Source: Pseudobdellovibrionaceae bacterium | GTDB taxonomy: Bacteria; Bdellovibrionota; Bdellovibrionia; Bdellovibrionales; Bdellovibrionaceae | Length of the DNA: 64,000 bases | Assembly (NCBI GenBank): GCA_043765175.1 | Contig: JAYUJM010000096.1 | Coordinates: forward strand, 3,900 to 67,899 | Reading direction: 5' to 3' | In this document: positions 46,730-55,618 of the stretch, one piece after another | Layout: every line of letters starts with the position of its first letter | Numbering within the stretch: position 1 is the first letter of the stretch | Made by a program: the position numbers and the translations under genes | Notes under the pieces: model-generated | The model's input: only the letters and a program-made list of their open reading frames with translations | Databases searched by the model: none | Told to the model about the DNA's origin: nothing

Positions 46730-47516
46730 AGGAATTGGTTACCTTATTTAAAACTGTTTCTGATGTTGAGGCGGGCAAACGCCGACCCACACTTTTGTCA
46801 TTTGGATTACGCAGCAAAAAGTACAGACTGCCTGGACTTGTGGCTATAAGTGCCAATAAATCTTGGGCTTCTGAAGGATTTACTTCAATTGTTAGTGAAC
46901 TGTATTTTGTGTCGCCCGTTAATGTATTTAAAACTAAATTTTTTCCAGAAGCATCACGCTCAATAGTTCGTGGCAAATTATTATTAATATTCACACCTGT
47001 TGCTAATATAATTACATTTTCTTTGTAAAGCACAGTGCTTTTTGTTTGATTCACACCTTTACCTGATTCAACGATTGCAAATATGTCAACACGATCCCCA
47101 GGTCGTATTAATTTTGCATTAGCACGTGCCTCATCAACAGGAATTGTTACTGCTCGCATATTTAATGAAACTTGTGGAGCCATTCCAGTTTCGGGTCCTG
47201 GTTCTAACATTTTATTTTTTGTAAATGTTTGCCCTTTTTTGATTGGAATAGCCGCAACTTTACCGATGATATCACCAATATCTTTGTAGGCTTCAGGTTC
47301 AACTTCATCTTTTAGTTTTTCCTTAACTTCAAGTTTATCATCAAAAACAGTATCCATACTGCCAATGTCTTCTTTGGCGACAACAACACGAACTTTAGAA
47401 CCCATTTTTTTATCCATCTCAGCTTTTTTTTCTTGAGTGTATGAATACAACATAAAGGTCGCAAAAATTCCTGCTCCTAAAGAGATCCATAAATTTCTTG
47501 ATTCATTTGGTCCCAT
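46656..47516 (-). CDS. cpaB: Flp pilus assembly protein CpaB/RcpC
   Basis: TM, SAF domain VVVAKEDI..IGKVAAIPIKKGQ, MRAVTIPVD, IRPGDRVDI. Confidence 0.92.
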   Translation of the reverse strand: MGPNESRNLWISLGAGIFATFMLYSYTQEKKAEMDKKMGSKVRVVVAKEDIGSMDTVFDDKLEVKEKLKDEVEPEAYKDIGDIIGKVAAIPIKKGQTFTKNKMLEPGPETGMAPQVSLNMRAVTIPVDEARANAKLIRPGDRVDIFAIVESGKGVNQTKSTVLYKENVIILATGVNINNNLPRTIERDASGKNLVLNTLTGDTKYSSLTIEVNPSEAQDLLALIATSPGSLYFLLRNPNDKSVGRRLPASTSETVLNKVTNSFGQSSGFPTQIQPNYNGGQIKPGK

Positions 47517-47553
47517 AAAAAACCTCGATTAAAATATATTCAATACCAATTTA

Positions 47554-48090
47554 CTACTGACTCGGTTCACAATCGGCATTTAAACAGATTCCATAAACGG
47601 TCTTAACCCATATTTCTGGAGTTTGTGGCAATTCCTCTTCAGATTTAGCCGGAAGTCTAGATACTGCAGACCAGACCGAAGACTTGTTTGCAAAACTATG
47701 ATTACTGAATTCAGTTCCTTGACCGTTTCCAGTTTGGCTAAACATCGAAATACTTCGAACTGTTACAGGCCATTTACCTTTATTAAAATCTTTTTTCTGA
47801 TACCCATCACCAATGACACCGTGAACACGATTCATTGATTTCGCATAATTTGAAGTTCCCGCTCCAGGACGAAAATAAATGAGATTAGCACGAAATCGAA
47901 AAGTTTCTAATGTGTAATTATAAGATCCAATCGAGTTTAATATTCCTGAATGAACTGCGCCGAAAAAACCTAAAGAAAAATTAAAAACAATAACAACCAT
48001 AAATAACACTGGCAAAGCTTCTATCAAAGCCATTCCTTGATTATTCATTTTTTTCTTTTTTCTAAACTGAATTAAATTTATTTTTAACAT
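47554..48090 (-). CDS. TadE/TadF-like minor pilin
   Basis: NNQG/MALIEALPVLF class III processing site with E+5 and hydrophobic helix. Confidence 0.8.
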   Translation of the reverse strand: MLKINLIQFRKKKKMNNQGMALIEALPVLFMVVIVFNFSLGFFGAVHSGILNSIGSYNYTLETFRFRANLIYFRPGAGTSNYAKSMNRVHGVIGDGYQKKDFNKGKWPVTVRSISMFSQTGNGQGTEFSNHSFANKSSVWSAVSRLPAKSEEELPQTPEIWVKTVYGICLNADCEPSQ

Positions 48091-48674
48091 CCGTTATCCT
48101 CATGAGGAAAATAACGAGATTGATCATCCGTAAATCCAGAAAATTCTGTACGTATGACTTTATATTTTTCAGCTTGAAATTTTAAACATTCATCAACTGA
48201 TGGATTTCGTAGTAAAAAGGCATTCAAATTCATTTTGAATGAATCTTCATTGATGGCTATTTTTCCTAAAAATGGAATTTTTAACCCCTTAAATAATTTT
48301 AACTCTAGTGTGCTGCTAGATCCCGCCCAGGGGTGACGGGATTCATCACCTAGTGCATTAACTGCGTCTGCAGTAAAAGTTTTGGCATCTAAATCACCCA
48401 ATTTGTATTTTTTTAATTCAAACCAATTTGAACTTCCTTGAGTCAGCAGCGGAAAATATTTAGATAAATTTTCAAACTTTTTTACAGCAGCAGCCTCACT
48501 GGCTTCTTTGCTTGAATTACCAGAAGAGTACGCCCGTGCCGATGACCAAGTAATATATTGCGCTACTTCGATCGTCATTAATGAAAAAGTTAATGCAAAC
48601 ACAATAATGCCGCAGCAAATAACTAAAACAAATGAAAATAAAAATTCTGCAGCCACAAAACCTTGTTGATTCAT
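48084..48674 (-). CDS. TadE-like minor pilin
   Basis: NQQG/FVAAEFLFSF, E+5; AQYITWSSARAY. Confidence 0.82.
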   Translation of the reverse strand: MNQQGFVAAEFLFSFVLVICCGIIVFALTFSLMTIEVAQYITWSSARAYSSGNSSKEASEAAAVKKFENLSKYFPLLTQGSSNWFELKKYKLGDLDAKTFTADAVNALGDESRHPWAGSSSTLELKLFKGLKIPFLGKIAINEDSFKMNLNAFLLRNPSVDECLKFQAEKYKVIRTEFSGFTDDQSRYFPHEDNGC

Positions 48675-48683
48675 AGAATTATT

Positions 48684-48983
48684 TTACAACGGATCAGAAC
48701 TTAATGCTCGATTTATTGAATTAGGATGGCAATTTGCAGCCCTTTGACTGGGACCGCCTTTGATCGAGCTGCAGGGATTTTTCCAAGCACCGAACTCGCT
48801 CATGTTACGAACTTTACTAATTGATACATCTGCAAAGTTTTGCATTGTTTGTTTTTCACGAAGTTGTTTTGTGAAAAATAAAAATGTACCAATGAAAATA
48901 GTCATTAATAAAACTGCCTCGATTGCCAACTGACCATTTTCATTTTTAAGAATTTTTTTGGTTAATCGTCGGTTCTGTTCCAT
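48684..48983 (-). CDS. Flp/TadE-like minor pilin
   Basis: KNENG/QLAIEAVLLM, E+5; C-terminal Cys pair. Confidence 0.8.
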   Translation of the reverse strand: MEQNRRLTKKILKNENGQLAIEAVLLMTIFIGTFLFFTKQLREKQTMQNFADVSISKVRNMSEFGAWKNPCSSIKGGPSQRAANCHPNSINRALSSDPL

Positions 48984-49168
48984 GGAACTTTATCCTCGTC
49001 CCCACCACCAGGGTAGGGTTTAAATCCAGATCCAGTTGCCAGTTGAGTTTCGACCCGTGCAGCCAAACGCACTCCGCCCTTTTCAAAGGCCGTCTTCGGT
49101 GCTTTCATTAAGGTCGACATAAAGACGACCCCGCCCATCAACAAAAGGAGTACGTATTCTATTGTCAT
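48962..49168 (-). CDS. Flp-like pilin lacking a leader peptide (flp2-like)
   Basis: MTIEYVLLLLMGGVVF has the Flp EY motif but starts at the +2 position of a mature pilin; 102/207 G+C by hand count. Confidence 0.65.
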   Translation of the reverse strand: MTIEYVLLLLMGGVVFMSTLMKAPKTAFEKGGVRLAARVETQLATGSGFKPYPGGGDEDKVPWNRTDD

Positions 49169-49171
49169 GGG

Positions 49172-49375
49172 TTACTGATCAGAGGTAGCAGTACCCATAT
49201 CAGTACCTAACTTATCGGTTGCTTCATTAAATTTTCCAACGATTTTTCCTTTAAAAGCTAAGACTAATCCAACTACCACTACCAACAACAAAATATACTC
49301 TGTTGCGCCTTGGCCTTTTTCATTATTAGCTAAATTTTTTCGTAGACGATTTCTTAGATTTGAAAATAGTTTCAT
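49172..49375 (-). CDS. flp: Major Flp (type IVc/Tad) pilin
   Basis: NEKG/QGATEYILLLVVVVGLV; AAGGGAG RBS. Confidence 0.93.
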   Translation of the reverse strand: MKLFSNLRNRLRKNLANNEKGQGATEYILLLVVVVGLVLAFKGKIVGKFNEATDKLGTDMGTATSDQ

Positions 49376-49399
49376 ATGATTTTCTCCCTTATATTTTCT

Positions 49400-49427
49400 G
49401 TATCGTCCTTTGGTCTGTGAAACTTTA
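49400..49427 (-). promoter_or_regulatory. sigma28-like promoter of flp/Tad operon
   Basis: TAAAGTTT-N12-GACGATAC (consensus TAAAGTTT-N11-GCCGATAA; spacer one base long). Confidence 0.45.
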
Positions 49428-49465
49428 AAGTTTTTTTTGAGTTTTATATAAAATTTTTAGGTTTT

Positions 49466-49478
49466 TCTCAAAATGAGA
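49466..49478. repeat. Palindrome TCTCA-AAA-TGAGA, copy 2
   Basis: Identical to 35222-35234; in the divergent flp / AAA+ intergenic region. Confidence 0.55.
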
Positions 49479-49488
49479 TAAATTGCTC

Positions 49489-49533
49489 TGACTTTTTCGG
49501 AGTGTTTTCCGAAAAAGTCTTGACTTTTTCGGA
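49489..49533. repeat. Three copies of GACTTTTTCGGA (direct, inverted, direct): operator-like array
   Basis: TGACTTTTTCGGA 49489-49501, TCCGAAAAAGTCT 49508-49520, TGACTTTTTCGGA 49521-49533; partial TCCGAAA at 49540-49546. Confidence 0.75.
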
Positions 49534-49536
49534 TTT

Positions 49537-50694
49537 GTGTCCGAAATTGTCACAATGAAAGAACGTTACATTTCAAAGTATTTATTAAAATATGCCGATC
49601 GAAAAATAATTTTACTTTCTGGACCAAGACAAGTAGGAAAAACAACATTAGCTAAAAGTCTTATTAAAGACTACTCCTATTATAACTACGATTCTCCTAA
49701 GGATTTTAGTATTTTTTTAAATAATAATTGGAACTTGGAATCTGAGTTAGTTATTTTTGACGAACTTCACAAAATGAATAAATGGAAACTCTGGCTGAAA
49801 GGTCATTTTGATGATGACTTATTAAAAAAGCAGAAAGTGTTAGTCACTGGAAGCGCACAACTTGATTTAGCAAAAAAAGTTGGAGACTCACTAGCTGGGC
49901 GTTATTTTTCATATCGACTAAACCCTTTAGATCTTAAAGAACTTAAAGGTTATGATAAAGTAGAAAATAATTATCAAAATTTGATTTCATACAGTGGTTT
50001 TCCTGAGCCTTTTTTTGAAAAAGATGCTTATTTTTATGATAAATGGAGGCGAACACACGCCGATATAATTTTACGACAAGATTTGATGTCTGTTGAAAAT
50101 ATTAAAGATATACAAAGCATTGAAATACTAATCGAACTTTTATCTGAACGAATAGGTTCGACTATATCAGTTAACTCGTTAGCTGAAGACTTAAGTAAAG
50201 ATGAAAAAACAATAAAAAAATGGATTCAATCTCTTGAAAATTTATATATAATTTTTAAAGTTAGTCCTTACTCAAAAAATATTTCTCGTTCAATTAAAAA
50301 AGCGAGTAAGTATTATTTTTATGATTCAGCCAGAGTCAGTGGTGATGAGTCACAGAAATTAGAAAATCTAGTTGCGCTTTCATTAAAAAAAGAAATTGAA
50401 TATCAGACTGATTTTTTCGGAAAAAATCACAGACTCTATTTTGCTAAACTAAAAGATCAAAAAGAAATAGATTTTTTAATTACAAATGATAAAAAAGTGA
50501 CGAGTCTTATTGAAGTAAAATTAAGCAATGTTTCAGTATCAGAAAATTTTAAACATTTTGATAAATTTTTTAAAGACGTTAATAAAATTCAACTTGTCAA
50601 AAATATGAGCCGATCATTTTCTAATAAAGAGTCGGTTCTTGTTACGCCAGCACTTGATTATTTAGAAAACTTAAACTTAGATGAATCAAACTAG
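49537..50694 (+). CDS. AAA+ ATPase (AAA_14) with DUF4143 C-terminus
   Basis: SGPRQVGKTT, IFDELHK, VTGSA, LAGR, YSGFPEP, wHTH middle, K.YFYD, ENLVA, KEIDF. Start possibly ATG 49555. Confidence 0.9.
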   Translation: MSEIVTMKERYISKYLLKYADRKIILLSGPRQVGKTTLAKSLIKDYSYYNYDSPKDFSIFLNNNWNLESELVIFDELHKMNKWKLWLKGHFDDDLLKKQKVLVTGSAQLDLAKKVGDSLAGRYFSYRLNPLDLKELKGYDKVENNYQNLISYSGFPEPFFEKDAYFYDKWRRTHADIILRQDLMSVENIKDIQSIEILIELLSERIGSTISVNSLAEDLSKDEKTIKKWIQSLENLYIIFKVSPYSKNISRSIKKASKYYFYDSARVSGDESQKLENLVALSLKKEIEYQTDFFGKNHRLYFAKLKDQKEIDFLITNDKKVTSLIEVKLSNVSVSENFKHFDKFFKDVNKIQLVKNMSRSFSNKESVLVTPALDYLENLNLDESN

Positions 50695-50708
50695 AAAGGC
50701 CCTCGCAT

Positions 50709-52481
50709 ATGAAAAAAATAATCCTATTACTTATTTTACCCCTTATCAGTTTTGCTGAAACAAAACTGACTCCAATCAGAAAATTAACTGATCAAACGAC
50801 TGAAGATCTGCAAAAAATTGATCCTTTTTATGATTACATGAACGTGACTAAACGGCCTGGTAAAGAATTTGGTAATGAGTTTTTACCAAACCAAAATGAA
50901 GTTTATAAAAAAATAATCTTGAAAGCTGAAAAAGAATTTAATAAAATTAAAAATACAGCGGTTGATTCCATTGAAAAAGATACAGTTTATCTGTTTGAAG
51001 AATTTATAGCTTCTAGTAAAAAATATTTTAACAAACCTGAATATGAACAAGTTTCTAGATTACTTTCAGTTTCACATTTATGGAATCGTGCCAAAGCGTA
51101 TTCCGATATGGGTGCTGGCGTAGCCTCTTTTCCTTTTGAAATATATGCAGATTTTGAAAACTATATTGACCGTTCTAATGGAATACCTTTATGGGTTGAT
51201 AGCTACATCAGTGAAACTAAGTTAATAAATAAAAAAGGTTATTTGTTAAGTCAGCAAAACATGCAACATTTACTTGAAAATTTTGAATCTTTAATAACTG
51301 AAGATTTAAAAAAATCAAAATTCTATAATCCGATATTAATGGCAGAAAAAACTTTAAAAAAAGAGGATATAGAAAAGCTAGAAAAAAAGTATGCCTTAGC
51401 TATTGAAAAAACAATTTTTCCAAGTATAAAAAAAATGACTGCTTTTTTGAAAACAAATATGAAAAACACCAAGCCTGAATTTGGGTTATTTGGACTTAAA
51501 AATGGAAAAAAGTTTTACAATGACAGATTAGAAGATTCAACAGATCAAATTGGCTTAAACGCAGAAGATCTTCATAGTTTAGGTCTTTCTGAAGTCGAAA
51601 AAAATAAACTATTAATAACAGATGTAAAAAATAAAATGGGTTATTCCAAAAAAACATTTGCTGAGTTTATTAAATTTAAAAGTGAAGATAGTAACTCTTA
51701 TTTTACAAATAAAACAGATTTAGAAAAAAGTTTTCGAGATGCTGAAAAACTTGTAGACTCTAAGGTCAGAAATTATTTTTCAACTATTCCCAAAACACCA
51801 CTTGAATTAAGACCAATTGATCATCTTAAAAGTCCTGCTGGATCATACAGTGGACTTACTGATACAATTGATAAAGCCTATTTTAATTATAACAGTGCAG
51901 ATTTAAAGGCTACTTCAAAAGCTGAAACACACACATTGTACGTGCATGAAGGCGTACCTGGGCATCATTTCCAATTATCAATTAATCACGATTTAAAAAA
52001 TCAATTTGGAAAATTCCGCGGTGAAATGTATGGATCGACTGCCTTTGTCGAGGGTTGGGCTCTTTATGCAGAATACCTAGGGCGTGAAATGGGAGTCTAT
52101 GAAACGAATGAACACAAGCTTGGAAATTATTCAGATGATATGCTTCGCGCTGTAAGACTTGTTGTAGATACTGGAATTCATTCAATGGGCTGGAGCCGTG
52201 AAAAAGCGATCCAATTTATGACTGATAATATTCCAGAAAATCGAGAAGGAATGGTCACTGAAATCGATCGTTATGCAGTTTGGCCTGGACAAGCCTTAGG
52301 CTACAAAGTGGGACAACTTGAAATTATTAAACTACGAACTCAGGCAGAAAAAGAATTAGGTTCAAAATTTGATATTAAAGAATTTCATAAAACAGTTTTA
52401 GAGTCCGGAAGTATTAATTTAAAATTACTTCGAATTAAAGTAGCCGATTGGATTAAAAGTACTCAATCAAAATTAAAATAA
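50709..52481 (+). CDS. DUF885 family exported protein
   Basis: Signal peptide; LHSLGL.EV, HEGVPGHHFQ, AFVEGWALYAE, RAVRLVVDTGIH..GWSRE.AI, EIDRY..WPGQALGYKVG. Confidence 0.93.
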   Translation: MKKIILLLILPLISFAETKLTPIRKLTDQTTEDLQKIDPFYDYMNVTKRPGKEFGNEFLPNQNEVYKKIILKAEKEFNKIKNTAVDSIEKDTVYLFEEFIASSKKYFNKPEYEQVSRLLSVSHLWNRAKAYSDMGAGVASFPFEIYADFENYIDRSNGIPLWVDSYISETKLINKKGYLLSQQNMQHLLENFESLITEDLKKSKFYNPILMAEKTLKKEDIEKLEKKYALAIEKTIFPSIKKMTAFLKTNMKNTKPEFGLFGLKNGKKFYNDRLEDSTDQIGLNAEDLHSLGLSEVEKNKLLITDVKNKMGYSKKTFAEFIKFKSEDSNSYFTNKTDLEKSFRDAEKLVDSKVRNYFSTIPKTPLELRPIDHLKSPAGSYSGLTDTIDKAYFNYNSADLKATSKAETHTLYVHEGVPGHHFQLSINHDLKNQFGKFRGEMYGSTAFVEGWALYAEYLGREMGVYETNEHKLGNYSDDMLRAVRLVVDTGIHSMGWSREKAIQFMTDNIPENREGMVTEIDRYAVWPGQALGYKVGQLEIIKLRTQAEKELGSKFDIKEFHKTVLESGSINLKLLRIKVADWIKSTQSKLK

Positions 52482-52552
52482 ACTATAAAAAAAGTGAAGT
52501 CTGAAAACAGCTTCCCTTTTTTATTTGTATTTTAACCTTACTTAAAAAATAA

Positions 52553-52903
52553 CTACGCAGCTTTTGGCGGTTCAGTTTTTTTAAATTTATTAGCCTGCTT
52601 TACTACTAAAAATAATACAAACGCGATCGCTAAAAAGTCGATCGTTGATTGTAAAAAATTTCCATATGATAAAACAGCTACGCCTGCGGCTTTTGCAGCA
52701 TCAAGATTTGGATAAGAATTTCCATCTAACGCGAAAAATTGCTGTGCTACATTTAATCCTTTTAGTAATAATCCAATTAAAGGCATAATAATATCAGCAA
52801 CTAATGAATTAACGATCTTTCCGAAAGCTCCACCGATAATAACACCTACAGCTAAATCTAAAACATTTCCTTGAGCTATAAACTTCTTAAATTCGTCTAA
52901 CAT
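52553..52903 (-). CDS. mscL: Large-conductance mechanosensitive channel
   Basis: EFKKFI.QGNVLDLAVGVIIGGAFGKIVNSLV.DIIMP, YGNFL. Confidence 0.96.
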   Translation of the reverse strand: MLDEFKKFIAQGNVLDLAVGVIIGGAFGKIVNSLVADIIMPLIGLLLKGLNVAQQFFALDGNSYPNLDAAKAAGVAVLSYGNFLQSTIDFLAIAFVLFLVVKQANKFKKTEPPKAA

Positions 52904-52934
52904 AAATTCTCCTTTTTTTGTTTAGTTATATAAA

Positions 52935-53684
52935 TTAGTAATTAGCAACAATGGCAGTTGTAAAAGTTGATTTATCAGCCTTTAAAGGTGATACAACATC
53001 ATCAGTATGGTTGATTAAATACGCTGTTTTTAAAGATAACATTTCTGTCATTGAAACTGACAAAGATGCTTCTGCATTCCAACGATTTGGATTTTTCTTT
53101 GTATCAAAACTTGATAAATATTCAGCCCACAACTTACCAAAAACTGATGCATTCATTTTATAACCTGCTTCAGTGTAAACACGGGCAAAATCACCCTTTA
53201 CTACAGCTGTATCAATGATTGCATAAGTTGAAGTGTATCTGTAACCAAGCTCAGCAAACCAAGTTAAATTATCATTTTTAATAATTGTATATTTAGCGCC
53301 TAAATCTGTAGAATCTCTTTGAATAAAAACTCCATTAAAAGGATCAGCTTCTGATTGATGCTGAACAAACCCTGTTAATTCATCTTTAAAAAAAACTCGA
53401 TCGTATCGAATTCCCGCAGTCCAAGATTTTCCAGTTTGTTCAAAGTCTTTATTAGGACTTGTTTGATTCGTCGCTTTTGTATCTGTGTATGAACCAAAAA
53501 TTGTAACAAGATCAAGGTCAGTTAAAGTTAAAACATTTTTTGATTTTGCACTTATAGTTTGAGATTTTGAGTTTCCATCAACTAATACGATAGAAGCCTC
53601 TGATTCACCTTTGAACATTTTATCTTCTGCTTGAGCAGATAAAGTGCTTATAATTAACGCCATAGCAAATACGCATTTAAACAT
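52935..53684 (-). CDS. DUF481 (YdiY-like) outer-membrane beta-barrel
   Basis: Signal peptide, GNSKSQT, WFAELGYRY, LSLKTAY, C-terminal Tyr. Confidence 0.8.
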   Translation of the reverse strand: MFKCVFAMALIISTLSAQAEDKMFKGESEASIVLVDGNSKSQTISAKSKNVLTLTDLDLVTIFGSYTDTKATNQTSPNKDFEQTGKSWTAGIRYDRVFFKDELTGFVQHQSEADPFNGVFIQRDSTDLGAKYTIIKNDNLTWFAELGYRYTSTYAIIDTAVVKGDFARVYTEAGYKMNASVFGKLWAEYLSSFDTKKNPNRWNAEASLSVSMTEMLSLKTAYLINHTDDVVSPLKADKSTFTTAIVANY

Positions 53685-53738
53685 AATATTTTCCTTTGTT
53701 TAGTTTTGTTTAAACTAAATACTTAGACATTCGTCTAG

Positions 53739-54035
53739 ATGAGTCAACTACTAATATATAATGCAAATATCTGCTATAGTTACATTATGCAATCTGTTCC
53801 TGGAGAAAATTCTGATATTTTAATTGCCGGTGTCAAACTACATGTTCAAACGGAGGACTGGTCTGATTATCGTCAAAGCGTTGTTAGTAGAGTGTATAAA
53901 AATGGTTCTGTAGTTAAAACATTTAAATTATCGTATCAAAAAATTACTGCAGTTGAAATGTCTGAGAACAGAAAAAATGCAGTTCTTAGACTGCATCAAT
54001 ATGCTATTGAAAGTTTAATTAAAAACAATTCGTAA
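53739..54035 (+). CDS. Conserved small hypothetical protein
   Basis: LHVQTEDW..VVSRVYKNGSVVKT pattern; real start probably Met17 (MQSVPG). Confidence 0.6.
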   Translation: MSQLLIYNANICYSYIMQSVPGENSDILIAGVKLHVQTEDWSDYRQSVVSRVYKNGSVVKTFKLSYQKITAVEMSENRKNAVLRLHQYAIESLIKNNS

Positions 54036-54080
54036 ACTAGCCTACTCATATTAAAAAAAATATCTCAAAATAAAGAAAGA

Positions 54081-54764
54081 ATGATCTCATTTAGTCATGT
54101 TTATAAAACCTATGATGAAAACCGCCACGCCCTAAGAGATTTAAATTTAACAATAAATCCGCAGGATTTTATTTTTTTAACTGGTGAAAGTGGAGCAGGA
54201 AAAACGACGCTTTTTAGACTTCTTATTCATCAAGAAAGAATCACCACAGGAAAATTAATTTATAATAATAATGACATGACGCAATTTAAAGCCAAGCAAA
54301 TTGCTGACTATCGAAAAAAAATTGGAATTGTTTTTCAAGATTTTAAACTGGTCAAAGAACTTTCGATATTTGAAAATGTAGCTTTGCCATTAAGAATACA
54401 AAAAATAAAAGAAATCGAAATAAAAAAACGCGTGCTTGAAATACTTATATCACTAGAAATTAATGAACTTTCTAGTCAGTTTCCTGATTTTGTATCGGGC
54501 GGCGAAAAACAACGCATTGCAATCGCTAGAGCCATGGTTACAAATCCCGACATTGTTTTAGCTGACGAACCTACAGGAAATTTAGATAAAAAGAATAGCG
54601 ACTTAGTGATTAATCTTTTTGAAAAGCTGAGTGATCAGGGAAAAACTGTGATCATTGTTACTCACGACGAAAATCTTGTTCGTCGAAATGAACAAAGAAA
54701 TAATTTTCGACATGTCATCCTTGAAAAAGGTGAAATTAAAAATCAAAGAAAAATGATTTTATGA
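54081..54764 (+). CDS. ftsE: Cell division ABC ATPase FtsE
   Basis: GESGAGKTT, IGIVFQDFKL, SGGEKQRIAIARA, LADEPTGNLD; precedes ftsX. Confidence 0.9.
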   Translation: MISFSHVYKTYDENRHALRDLNLTINPQDFIFLTGESGAGKTTLFRLLIHQERITTGKLIYNNNDMTQFKAKQIADYRKKIGIVFQDFKLVKELSIFENVALPLRIQKIKEIEIKKRVLEILISLEINELSSQFPDFVSGGEKQRIAIARAMVTNPDIVLADEPTGNLDKKNSDLVINLFEKLSDQGKTVIIVTHDENLVRRNEQRNNFRHVILEKGEIKNQRKMIL

Positions 54765-55618
54765 AGCTAGCTATTTCATTATTTATTACATTATGCAGTT
54801 TAATTCTTGTCAGCTTAATGACAATCAAAAATAATTTCAATTCAGTTGTTGGTAAACAAAACGAAACTATTGATCTTAATTTGACCTTACAGTCTGAACT
54901 TGTTAATATTGAAATCGATTTACTTATAGATAAAATTGAAACAACATTTCGCGAAAAAAATATTTTTTTAAAAAAAATTACACCAATCAAAGCCAATGAG
55001 CAATTTAACGAAATAACAAAATACTATCCAAATATCAATAATGGCTTGTTTGACGAAAATGAATTATCACAAATTCTTCAAACTGTCCTAGTAGTACAAC
55101 TTAAAAATATCAGCGAAGTCGAAAAAGTTAAAATCTTACTTGGTGATTTTAAAGAAATTATTGAAATTAATTCTACAGTTTCTTGGTTTGAAAAAATACA
55201 AAACTTTCTGGATATTCTAAATATTATTTTTTCTTCTTTAATTTTTGTATTTTTTTCAACTCTCGTTTTTTTGCAAATTATCTTTACCAAAAATCATTTT
55301 GCAGAAAATAAAGATTCTCTGTTACTCAAATCATTACTAGGCGCCAGTCCCTTTCAGGCTATAAAAAACATTTTGATTCATTTTTCTATTTTGACTTTAA
55401 TTTCTTATATCATTGGATCGATTTTATCAGTAGTTATTTTATATTCAATTTCTAACAAATTAAATAATTTGCCAGACTTTATGCAGATACATAATCAGAT
55501 TAAATATTTTCATGTGAGCACTGCTTTGCAAATGACTGCTTGTTTTGTTTTAACTACACTTATTTCGGGATTTATAACGTACCAAAATGTAAAAAATAAA
55601 TTTTATGAAAATAACTAA
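54761..55618 (+). CDS. ftsX: Cell division permease FtsX (divergent)
   Basis: TM1 + periplasmic domain + three TMs, SLLGASP motif; between ftsE and envC. Confidence 0.75.
   Translation: MKLAISLFITLCSLILVSLMTIKNNFNSVVGKQNETIDLNLTLQSELVNIEIDLLIDKIETTFREKNIFLKKITPIKANEQFNEITKYYPNINNGLFDENELSQILQTVLVVQLKNISEVEKVKILLGDFKEIIEINSTVSWFEKIQNFLDILNIIFSSLIFVFFSTLVFLQIIFTKNHFAENKDSLLLKSLLGASPFQAIKNILIHFSILTLISYIIGSILSVVILYSISNKLNNLPDFMQIHNQIKYFHVSTALQMTACFVLTTLISGFITYQNVKNKFYENN

Noticed and set aside
49489-49546. CRISPR or IS-end interpretation of the 12-bp repeats
   Set aside because: Repeats are too short, mixed in orientation and lack spacers; there is no cas gene or transposase.
12460-53745. TAGAC/GTCTA-like half sites in several intergenic regions (about 12470, 30980, 39923, 53724)
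   Set aside because: Spacing and orientation are inconsistent, so no single motif can be supported.
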